Below, one piece after another: positions 1-11,546 of a stretch of DNA of 64,000 nucleotides. Where the stretch lies: positions 12,152,001-12,216,000 of the forward strand of contig NC_043020.1 in the NCBI RefSeq assembly GCF_006345805.1. Direction: 5' to 3'. This stretch comes from Octopus sinensis (taxonomy: Eukaryota). The notes under the pieces are model-generated. The model was not told the origin of the DNA. It saw only the letters and a list, made by a program, of their open reading frames with translations, and ran no database searches. A program made the translations under genes and the position numbers. How positions within the stretch are numbered: the first letter of the stretch is position 1; each line of letters begins with the position of its first letter.

Positions 1-368
<368 letters not shown>

Positions 369-645
369 TATATGTTCCTTTTTTTAAATTTTATTTTCTC
401 CAATCAGCTGTTTCAAACACCCCTGAGATTCCTTGAAGGTAATTATGTTTTTATTTGATAAACTTTGGGAGACATGATAGAGGAGTGAGTGAAGAGGCTT
501 ATTCCATTTAGGGTTCAGTGATGGTCCCCCTTATTTCGTTCCAGATGACATGCAATAATGCCATGTCGTCATAGTCACCATATCATACATCCAAGAAGAT
601 TACTGTATTTTGATTAAGTACAAGACACACATCAACTTACACATA

Positions 646-905
646 TCATCATCATCATCATTTAGCGTCCGTTTTCCATGCTAGCATGGGTTGGACGGTT
701 CAACTGGGGTCTGTGAAGCCGGAAGGCTTCATCAGGCCCAGTCAGATCTGGCAGTGTTTCTACAGCTGGATGCCCTTCCTAACGCCAACCACTCCGTGAG
801 TGTAGTGGGTGCTTTATATGTGCCACCCGCACAGGTGCCAGACAGAGCTGGCAAACGGCCACGAACGGATGGTGCTTTTACGTGCCACCGGCATGGGGAC
901 CAGGC
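646..905 (-). mobile_element. RTE-LINE 3' end (family R; ..gttggcgttaggaagggcatcc..gacgttaaacgatgatgat tail)
   Basis: Same conserved block and (GAT)n tail as about 20 other copies in the window. Confidence 0.75.
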
Positions 906-941
906 AAGGCTGCAATTAAATGAAGGAATTTAACCCTTTAA

Positions 942-1465
942 CCCCTTGACACCGGTATTACCTGAAGCATGCGAGACACTGCTCCGGGTTGTTTTTTTAT
1001 CTAATGAGACCACACAAACAGTCAGGTGCCAACGAGCTCGCGTCTATTTACGTTCACCGTTACAATAACATAGCGTCGTACATTTACGTCTACCGGTTTA
1101 TGAAAACGAACCATGTGAAGCTATTTATCATAATATGATATGCATGAGTTATTCTGCTCAAGTTCAGGAAAATAGCTTGCATGTGGTACAACTCAAGACA
1201 CGGTATTATGCATGTAAAGTATCCGCATGTCATTGGTCTACTGGTAGTCTCATGACTTGAACGTAACCTAAAATAGCTAAGATAATGCATGGGAGGGCGA
1301 GTGCGCGCACCTCAAGAGATAAAGTACATGATAGTGGACGTAAACATACATCAGCCGTTAAAAAGTCTGATAGATGTAGGGCAGCTCTACATCATATATT
1401 TACGTTAACCATGGGTAGGCAAGCAAAAGTGTGATCGCATATTTGCATCAACCATTGTCAAGGGG
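942..1465. mobile_element. TTAA-flanked MITE (piggyBac-like), TIR CCCCTTGACA
   Basis: TTAA at 938-941 and 1466-1469; ends ccccttgaca / tgtcaagggg; nested in the left end of a P1 MITE. Confidence 0.75.
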
Positions 1466-1841
1466 TTAAGCATCCAAATTAATGCAATCCTTATTTATTC
1501 ACATTGTTTTGAATTAATCATGCATTATCTTGTATCTTCAAAATTTCGATGTGTTTCTTTGTTTTAGAATGACATTGTAAGGTAGGTGTGAGAGGTTGGA
1601 TTGGGTCAGTTTAAACATTAAACAGGTAGAATATTTAGGCTGGATATGTCTTTGATTAAATGCTAAAGGTTTAGTTGGTATGATTGTTTTCTCATATCTC
1701 GTTAGGCACAAAGTGAGTAATTTTAGTTTGGGTGAATCGTTAAAAAAAATACACCTTGATATATTACTGTACTTATTTAAAATTAAGTTCTATTTTCTTA
1801 GTGTGTTTAATTGTTGTAACTTATACCTCTTCTCCTTGCAG

Positions 1842-1884
1842 AATTTTAGCTGAGAAACACAATTTGGAAATTGAAAGAAGCAAT
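1842..1884 (+). CDS. UPF2: UPF2 exon 1 in window (43 nt)
   Basis: ttgcag|a ATT TTA GCT GAG AAA CAC..AAT|gtaagt; peptide ILAEKHNLEIERSN; phase 0 end matches the next exon. Confidence 0.85.
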
Positions 1885-2021
1885 GTAAGTTAACAAATGT
1901 TCCTTATATAGGGTTGTTTATTGCTGAGAGTCTGTCCGGTTCTGCTAATTTTTTAAAATGTTCATGCAATGGATGGTATTTGATGGAACAATTATTTAAC
2001 ACACATTCACATACCCCACCT

Positions 2022-2054
<33 letters not shown>

Positions 2055-2869
2055 AATCCAAACATGAAAGCACAAAAAAACACAACAACGTGAGGACGTG
2101 GAACAAATATAGTATTATTGGATGCTCATGAAAGAAGGAGGGTTTAACGTTTCGAGCGGAGCTCTTAGTCGGAAACATAGGAGAAGGAAAGATCCAGAGA
2201 AGGGAAGACGGGAAAAAAAAATTGCCAACGGTACACACGCGGTCACAATATATATATATATATATATTCACACACAGTTGAAACGCTATTTGATTTATTT
2301 TTTCAGCATACAATTTTCATCATCCCACTACCAAGTATGACATTACCCCTTCCTTCCTTATACATATAACACCCCTTCTTTTCTCATTCATAAACACAAG
2401 AGTATTATAGTAGATTATCTCGGAAACCATGGGAGCTATGAAAAAAAATACCAAGCCCAGCATCACCACTGGATCATTCTACACATCTGTGTAATTTGGG
2501 ACCGTGACTTCCACGTATAGATGACAGAGGCATTATTAATACCAAGAGGTAATATTTATCCTCTCTTAAATGTGGATGTTCTGTTTCTCTAATGGTATCT
2601 ACCAAAGTATAGTTTGTTCTAACAGAACTTTCACATTTAAATGGGGATAAATATTACCTATATATACGTGTGTGTGTGTGTGTGTGTGTGTGTGCAGGCA
2701 TGGCTGTGTGCTAAGATGCTTGCTTCTTCACCACATGATTCTGGGTTCAATCTCACTGCATGGCACCTTGGGCAAGTGTCTTCTGCTATAGCCTCAGGCT
2801 GACCAAAACCTTGTGTGTAGATTTGATAGACCGAAACTGAAAAAAACCTGTCATGTGTGTGTATGTATG

Positions 2870-2902
<33 letters not shown>

Positions 2903-3077
2903 CACACATATTTATTTACGTGTGTGTCTCTTTGTGTTTATGTCCCTGTAACTTGACAAAAGAGACCAATAGAATAAGTACCAGGGTTACAAAGAAGAAG
3001 TCCTGGGGTCAAATTCTTTAACTGCTCCAGAATGGCTGCAGTCAAATGACTGAAACATGTAAAAGAATACAGAATAA

Positions 3078-3116
<39 letters not shown>

Positions 3117-5490
3117 ATGGACTTTCAGTTTCGATCTACCCAATCCACTCACAAGGCATTGATTGGCCCAGAGCTATAGGAGAAAGCATTTGTCCAAGGT
3201 GCCTCATATTGGGACTGAACTCGAAGCCATGTAATTGGAAAGCAAGCTTCTTAACTATGACTGGCACCCGGCAGATGCCAGGACCCCTGGACTGGTGGTA
3301 TGTAAAAAGCACTATCTGAATCATGGCCGATGCCAGTGCCGCCTCGACTGGCTTCCATGCCGGTAGCACGTAAAATGCACCAATCCGACCGTGGCCGTTG
3401 CCAGCCTCGCCTGGCACCTGTGCGGGTGGCAATTAACAAGCACCCACTACACTCACGGAGTGGTTGGCGTTAGGAAGGGCATCCAGCTGTAGAGACATTG
3501 CCAGATAAGACTGGAACCTGGTGCAGCCTTCTGGCTCCCCAGATCCCCAGTCGAACCGTCCAACCCATGCTAGCATGGAGAACGGACGTTAAACGATGAT
3601 GATGATGAGAGCCACACTCGTGCTCTATTAAGGTTTCATTCTCATTTTATTTGTTGTTCATGTAATTCTTTCCATTGACAGATGCTACCACCAGAGCGAC
3701 AAAAAGCATGCAGGAATTTGCTGAAAGAATATTATGCCACTTTATGTAAACATTTGAAAAAATTACACAAAGATCTCAAAACTATTGAGCAACAGAATCG
3801 AAAAATACTCCAGGTAAGTTGACTGCAATCTTTTTTTCTTTTATTTTTCTTCCTTTGTAACCATTTGGGGCTAATCTGCAGCTGGCTGTCAATTATTAGG
3901 GTAATGGGGAAGGGAAGGAAGCACTCCGTCGGTTACGACGATGAGGGTTCCGGTTGATCCGAATCAACGGAACAGCCTGCTCGTGAAATTAACGTGTAAG
4001 TGGCTGAGCACTCCACAGACACGTGCACCCTAAACGTAGTTCTCGGGGATATTCAGCGTGACACAGAGAGTGACAAGGCCGGCCCTTTGAAATACAGGTA
4101 CAACAGAAACAGGAAGAAAGAGTGAGAGAAAGTTGTGGTGAAAGAGTACAGCAGGGATCACCATCCCCTGCCGGAGCCTCGTGGAGCTTTAGGTGTTTTC
4201 GCTCAATAAACACTCACAACGCCCGGTCTGGGAATCGAAACCGCGATCCTATGACCGCGGGTCCGCTGCCCTAACCACTGGGCCATTGCGCCTCCACCTA
4301 GGGTAATGGATACCATAACTGAAAGGTTTATAGTTTGTATTATTTCTTCAGCTATGTGTGTAAATAAGTTAAGTTAATTTCTTGGCTCAAAAAGCAAAAA
4401 AGCAAGGCCATGTAGGGGGACATGGAGTTATGTACAGGGAGGGTGTTCATGCAAAGAGTTCAGGCCATTTCTGGTCAAGAGAGACTTTGAAACGAGCGGT
4501 TGCCGGCATCTTCACTATCTCGTCCGGCAGCTTATTTCACGGATCCGCAACCCGGACGGAGAAAGCCCCTCTCCTTCGATTAGATGAAATCGTCGCAGAT
4601 AGAGCTTTTCGGAGTGACCCCGCAGCCAACGCTCTGGAGCAGGATTGAAGAACAGCTCTTTCGAGAGGTTAAACTTTCCGCTTATGATGTTGTGAGGCAG
4701 AATACTTTTGGCTAGATATGGCCAGTTTAAATGCATTATCTTGTAACTATGAGAATTTGATGAGGCAGATGTTAATTTTTAAAACGATATTGAAGGGCTG
4801 GTTTGAAAGACCAGATCTGGCCAGTTTGAACATAAAACAGGCAGAATACTTTTGGCCGGATATGGCCACTTTAAATGCATTATCTTGTAGCTATGAGAAT
4901 TTGATGAGGCAGATGTTAATTTTTAAAATGATATTGTAGGGTTAGTGTGAAAGACCAGATCTGGCCAGTTTGAACATAAAACAGGCAGAATACTTCTGGC
5001 TGGATATGGCCAGTTTAAATGCTAAAGGGTTAAATCACATGGCATGTAAAATACGTTTTGATTGGACTATTTCTTCTTTCACTTTCAGACGAAAGGGGAA
5101 CTGAGCAACGAGAGGAAAGAAAATTATGAAACAGCTATAGTAAATTACCAAAAATTACAACAGAACACATACACACTCGCAGTACGTTGACGCATTTTAT
5201 TTGTCCTTCATTTACACTTTTACATTTGTGAGTTTTTACTTTTAGTGTTCTTGTAGATTGTGGTGGTGGAAGCCAACACTATTCCAGCCATACTAAGTGG
5301 ACATCGGTTTCGGTACATTATTTGGTGCAAGTGTGGCTGTGTGGTTAAAAAGCTCGCCTTCCAGTTAGGTGGGTTAGTGTTCAGTCCCACCATGTGGTAC
5401 TTTGGGCAAGTGACTTCTGCTATAGACCCAAGTCGACCAAAGCCTTGTTGGTGGATTTGGTTGACTGAAAATGAAAAAACCCATTGTGTA

Positions 5491-5521
<31 letters not shown>

Positions 5522-8500
5522 CTCTTATTATAAAAGGCAGATTTTATCTGCCTCCCTTTGTCAGTTATAGTATATATATAAATTAAATTAAATTAAATTA
5601 GAGATAAAACCACTATTAGGCAAATCAAACAATGCAAAACATAAAAATAAACATAATTAATATAATATACAAAATATATAAAATTTAAAATTTTAATTAT
5701 TTAAATTTTAATTTATATTTATAAATTTTTATATTTTTAAATTGACTCCAGTGCTCAGCTGGTTCTTATATTATTGACTCTGAAAGGATGAAAGGCAAAG
5801 TCAACCTCAGTGGAATTTGAACTCTGAACATAGTGACGGATGAAATGCCGCTAAGCAAATTGCTTGGCATGTTGACAATTCTGTCAACTCACTCGCCACT
5901 GCACATAAAATTAACGATTGTTTTGTCATCTGGCAGTCCTGTGGTTAGTCTATAGCAGTGCTTTTCAAACTTTTTGCTGGAGCGGAACCCCAAGGAAACA
6001 TTCCACTGGCTCGAGGAACCCCTGTGCAATAATTTAATAGTCTTATGCACGCACAATAACTCTGAGCACCTCTTCAAACTCCACCCATCTAACACCCGTG
6101 GACATATTTACAAAGTCAGAAAACAGCACAGCTCCCATGACTTCAGGAAACATTTTTTCACACTGAGAGTTGCTGAAGCATGGAACAAACTGCCGGCATC
6201 GGTTGTTAGTTGTCGGAGCACTGCATCCTTCAAAACTTCCATGCTTCCTGAGATTCGCCAACACTACACTTGATTTTCTCCCCTCCATACACACACAAGC
6301 ATGTATCTGACTCATACATTGTTCGCTTTCCAGGCATTTGTACATTACTGCATATACTTTATAAGCACTTTCTGACAAGTTGTGGTGCACCTGAGCACTG
6401 TATACAATAATTTCATTATATTATATTATATATATATATATTATATATGTTATATCTGCACAGGAGAATTAAAAATTACTGCCGATTTTAGCAGTTTTGT
6501 AACTTCTTGCGGAACCCCTGGACTGTACTGGTGGAACCCTAAGGTTCTGCGGAACCCTGGTTGAAAACCACTGGTCCTTAGATAGATGAAGCTCCAGTAA
6601 GCTGACTCGCCTCTAGATAGTGACTACAAGAACACAGCATTTTGTGGTGTCGTGGGTTAGAGTACCCTCCATAATAAATTCTATATATATTTCTATTCAG
6701 GATCTTCTTGATGAAGAAATCCCTGACCTGCCTGAAGAAGGTAAGTGTAGATGGTTTTTGTTTTTGCTCACTTCTGTTGTTTTAGTAGTAGTAGTAGTAG
6801 TTTTAATGTTGTGGTAGTTTTAGTAATAGTAGTTTGTTATTGATAAGTTTAATTGATAATTGATTGATAAACTTTTCCATGTATTGATTTTATGTAGTGT
6901 AACAGAGTAGAATTGAGGTTAGATTCTATGGTTGATTCTAAAATTTAAATGACGGTATGGTGTCCGTCAAATGACTATATGGTGTCCGTCAAATGACTAT
7001 ATGGTGTCCATCTTTGCCCGTCATTGTGTTTTAGATGCCGAAGATAATTGATTCTGGATTGAAATAATTAGTGTTAATAATTAATTTCTTTTCAGAGCTT
7101 AAACAAGATTCAGAAGGCGCTATGTTTGACATCTTCAACCCCATTAAAAATGCTGAAGTAAGTAATTTAAACAGTACAACCTCCTCTTTTCCTTTTTTTT
7201 CTTTTCTTTCTCCTTTCCTTTTCCTCCTCCTCCTTCTCCATGAGTCAGACGGAATTTGCTGAGGTAGATTTTCTGTAGTTGGATGCCCTTCTTGGCAACA
7301 ACTCTCACCTGTTCCCAGGAAAGCTATTTCTCCATTTTCAGATAGGTTTTTTTCATGGAAGGTTGGAAATGAGCAAATTTACATGTTTAACAGTGATGCT
7401 CATTTACAGCCATCATATGATATCAAACCTAGTACACACACACACAATAGGCTTTCAGTTTTCATCTACTAAATCCACTCTCAAGGCTTTGATCAGCTGA
7501 TAGTAGAAAACACTTGCCCAAGATGATATATAAATTTCTTTAGAGGACAAACAAGGACAGACAAGCAGATTAAGTCGATTATATCGACCCCAGTGCGTAA
7601 CTGGTACTTATTTAATTGACCCCGAAAGGATGAAAGGCAAAGTCGACCTCAACGGAAACTGAACTCAGAACGTAACAGCAGACGAAATACCTATTTCTTT
7701 ACTACCCACAAGGGGCTAAACACAGAGAGGACAAACAAGGACAGACAAGCGGATTAAGTCGATTATATCGACACCAGTGCGTAACTGGTACTTATTTAAT
7801 TGACCCCGAAAGGATGAAAGGCAAAGTCGACCTCGGCGGAAACTGAACTCAGAACGTAACAGCAGACGAAATACCTATTTCTTTACTACCCACAAGGGGC
7901 TAAACACAGAGAGGACAAACAAGGACAGACAAGCGGATTAAGTCGATTATATCAACCCCAGTGCGTAACTGGTACTTATTTAATTGACCCCGAAAGGATG
8001 AAAGGCAAAGTCGACCTCGGCGGAATTTGAACTCAGAACGTAGCGGCAGACGAAATACGGCTACGCATTTCGCCCGGCGTGCTAACGTTTCTACCAGCTC
8101 GCCGCCCAAGATGATATATAATCAGATTGAACTTGAGACCATGTGGTTAGGAAGCAAGCTTCTTAACTACCTAGCAACACCTGTACTGTCCTTATCATCA
8201 TCATCATCATCATTGTTTAACGTCCGTTTTACATGCTAGCATGGGTTGGACGATTTGACTGAGGGCTGGCGAACCAGATGGCTGCACCAGGCTTGTTAAA
8301 TTAGATTAGGTGCCAGATCAATGTTTGAAGGGAATTGGTTCAAATATGTTATTGGTTCTTTATCTTTTACTTGTTCCAGACATTAGACTGCGGCGATGCT
8401 GGGGCATCGCCTTGAAGAATTTTAGTTGTGCAAATTGACCCCAGGATATATATTTTTTTAAACCTGGTACTTATTCTATTGGTCTCTATTGCTGAACTGC

Positions 8501-9380
8501 TAAGATATCATCATCATCATTTAGCGTCCGCTTTCCATGCTAGCATGGGCGGGACGGTTCAACTGGGGTCTGAGAAGCCAGAAGGCTGAACCAGGCCCAG
8601 TTTGATCTACGGCTGGATGCCCTTCCTAATGCCAACCACTCCGTGAGTGTAGTGGGTGCTTTTTACGTACCAGACGGGGCTGGCAAACGGCCATGGTCGG
8701 ATGGTGCTTTTTACGTACCACTGGCACGGGGGGAGGGACATAAACACACCAACACTGGTTGTCAAGTGTTGGTGGAGGACAAAGACACACATGCACACAT
8801 ACATGAGTTTCTTTCAGTTTCCATCTACCAAATCCACTCCCAAGGCTTTGGTCAGATCGAGGCTATGGTAGAAGTGGGATTGAACTTAGAACAAGGTGGC
8901 TGGAAAGCAAACCCTTCACCTCATAGCCTCATTCTGCACCTCATTAAATCTTTAAAAGACAGTTTTTTTTTTTTTAATCGGGTGGGAAGGTAGTGCACAT
9001 GATCCTTCAGAAGGCCTCTAAGACTGGTGGGGAAGCTATCCCTAAAATAGAGAACCTGGCCTGAATATTTTCTATGGATTAGACTTGGCTAAAATGGTCA
9101 AAGGTTCCAAGAGGTGATGTTAAAGTGAGTCATCATGGGATTTGAACTTGGAATGCAAAGCTGGAACAAATATCAGTAGGTATCTCTCTCTTTCTCTTTT
9201 ACTTGTTTCAGTCATTTGACTGCGGCCATGCTGGAGCACCGCCTTTAATTGAGCAACTCGACCCCGGGACTTATTCTTTTGTAAACCCAGTACTTATTCT
9301 ATCGGTCTCTTTTGCCGAACCACTAAGTAACGGGGACATAACACACCAGCATCGGTTGTCAAGCAATGCTAGGGGGACAA

Positions 9381-9415
<35 letters not shown>

Positions 9416-11476
9416 CGATGGGCTTCTTTCAGTTTCCGTCTACCAAATCCATTCACAAGGCTTTGGTCGGCCCGAGGCTATAGTAGAAGACACTTGCCCA
9501 AGGTGCCATGCAGTGGGACTGAACCTGGAACCATGTGGTTGGTAAACAAGCTACTTACCACACAGCCACTCCTACGCCTATCTGACATTGTTGCAGTTCC
9601 ATCACTCGACTAATGCATTTTTCATCACTCCCCTATTGCCCTAGATTGATACTCTCTTATCCACTGACCTTGAAATGATGGAAGCTAAAGTTGACCTCAG
9701 CAGAATTTGAACAGGCTGAGTTCAAAGACCATCGGTTCTCCTCGGATCAGGCAAGTGAGGACCAACCAAGTATTGGGGGTCATTAGTAATGTTACAGTTT
9801 CATTTCTTTGTTTTAGTTTTTGTGAATTCATTATAAATTTTTCGGTTTTAGAAACCTAATTAATTTTATTAATGATTGCCTTTATTGCTTAGTTCCATTA
9901 TGAAGGAGATACAAGCCTGTTTGAGGATGAAGACACTAGAACTTTCTACGAATCCTTACCTGATCTCAGATCTCTTATTCCAGGGGTAAGTGTCTTTATT
10001 ATTGTTGTTGTTGTTGTCATTGTTATAACTTGTTTTTATAACCATTTTTGTTGTTGATCAATGTTGTAAGTAGCAGAATAGCTACAACTCAAAATTACTT
10101 GAGATTTGAAACTTCTGGAGATAATTTGACCCTAAGGAATTGAGCCTCGGGAAAATTTGGTCCCGTAATTGGCATTTCTGTTTGGTGTATTGTGTCCATG
10201 TTGGAAACACTGCTCCATTGGAATGTTATCATCATAATATATTCCATGTGTGTTTTGGTTTTAGAATAGATATGCCGTATCCCTTTGTGTCATAAAGACA
10301 TCATCATCATCATCATTTAGTATCCGTTTTCCATGCTAGCATGTTTTGGACGGTTCGACCAGGGATCTGGGAAGCCAGAAGGCTGCATCAGGCTCCAGTC
10401 TGATCTGGCAGTGTTTCTACAGCTGGATGCCCTTCCTAACGCCAACCACTCCGTGAGTGTAGTGGGTGCTTTTTACGTGCCACTGTCACAGGTGCGACAG
10501 ACTAAAAAAATTGATATCAGGAATACAGCTAATGATTTGGCTTTTGTTTCTAGCAAGTTGAGTATCTGCATAGAGGCTGACACCCCATTCATATTTATAG
10601 AAGAGTTAAGGTATAACAATGTGTGGCCTTCTTGCTGATGCAAAGGTAATTTCTATAAAAAAGGGATTACTACAGCTCTAACAAGGAATCCAACCTGTTA
10701 CTGGTTCAGTTTGTTTACAGTTTCCTTCTTGGTTTACTGACATGGCAGCAGAATTCTTCCTAATATTGGTTAACCATTCTTACACTGTTGCCCTGTCATT
10801 GAGCTTCCGAATTAATTTATGATACGTAAATATCAATATTTCAATACTCTGTCTTCATTATTCTCCAAATCATTAAGCATAAAATTGATTAGATATATAT
10901 ATATTTTGTTCCCCGTAGATCCTGTACAAAGAAAGTGAACATGCGTCATCTAAAGATGAGACCAAAGAAGATGTTACCGCCTTGGAAGAAGGTACACTTT
11001 GCGTTAATGATGTTGTTGTTGCTGTTTCATGTAAGTGGTAAATAGATGGGAAATATTAACATATTAGGTTGCTTCTCAACCACATGGTTCTGGGTTCAGT
11101 CCCACTGTGTGGCGCCTTGGGCAAGTGTTTTCAACTATAGTCTCAGGTCAACCAAAGCCTTGTGAGTGGATTTGGTAGATAGAAACTGAAAGATGCCCAT
11201 TGTGTGTGTGTGTGTGTGTGGTGTGTGTGTGTGTGTGTGCGGGCATGGCTGTGTGGTTAGGGAGCTTGCTTCCTAGCTACATGGTTTCGGGTTCAGTCTC
11301 ACTGCATGGCACTTTGGACAAGTGTCTTCTGTTATAGCCCTAGGCTGACCGAAACTTTGTGATTGAATTTGGTAGGCAGAAGTTACTGGCGTGTGTGTAT
11401 ATGTGTGTGTAGGTGCTTGTGCCTCTCCGAGAGAGAGAGAGGGTGTGTGTGTGTGTATATATATATATATAAATAT

Positions 11477-11546
<70 letters not shown>

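Noticed and set aside
408-438. Possible extra upstream UPF2 exon (atcag|..gaag|gtaatt)
   Set aside because: In the phase needed to join exon 1 it contains TGA and shows no UPF2 similarity
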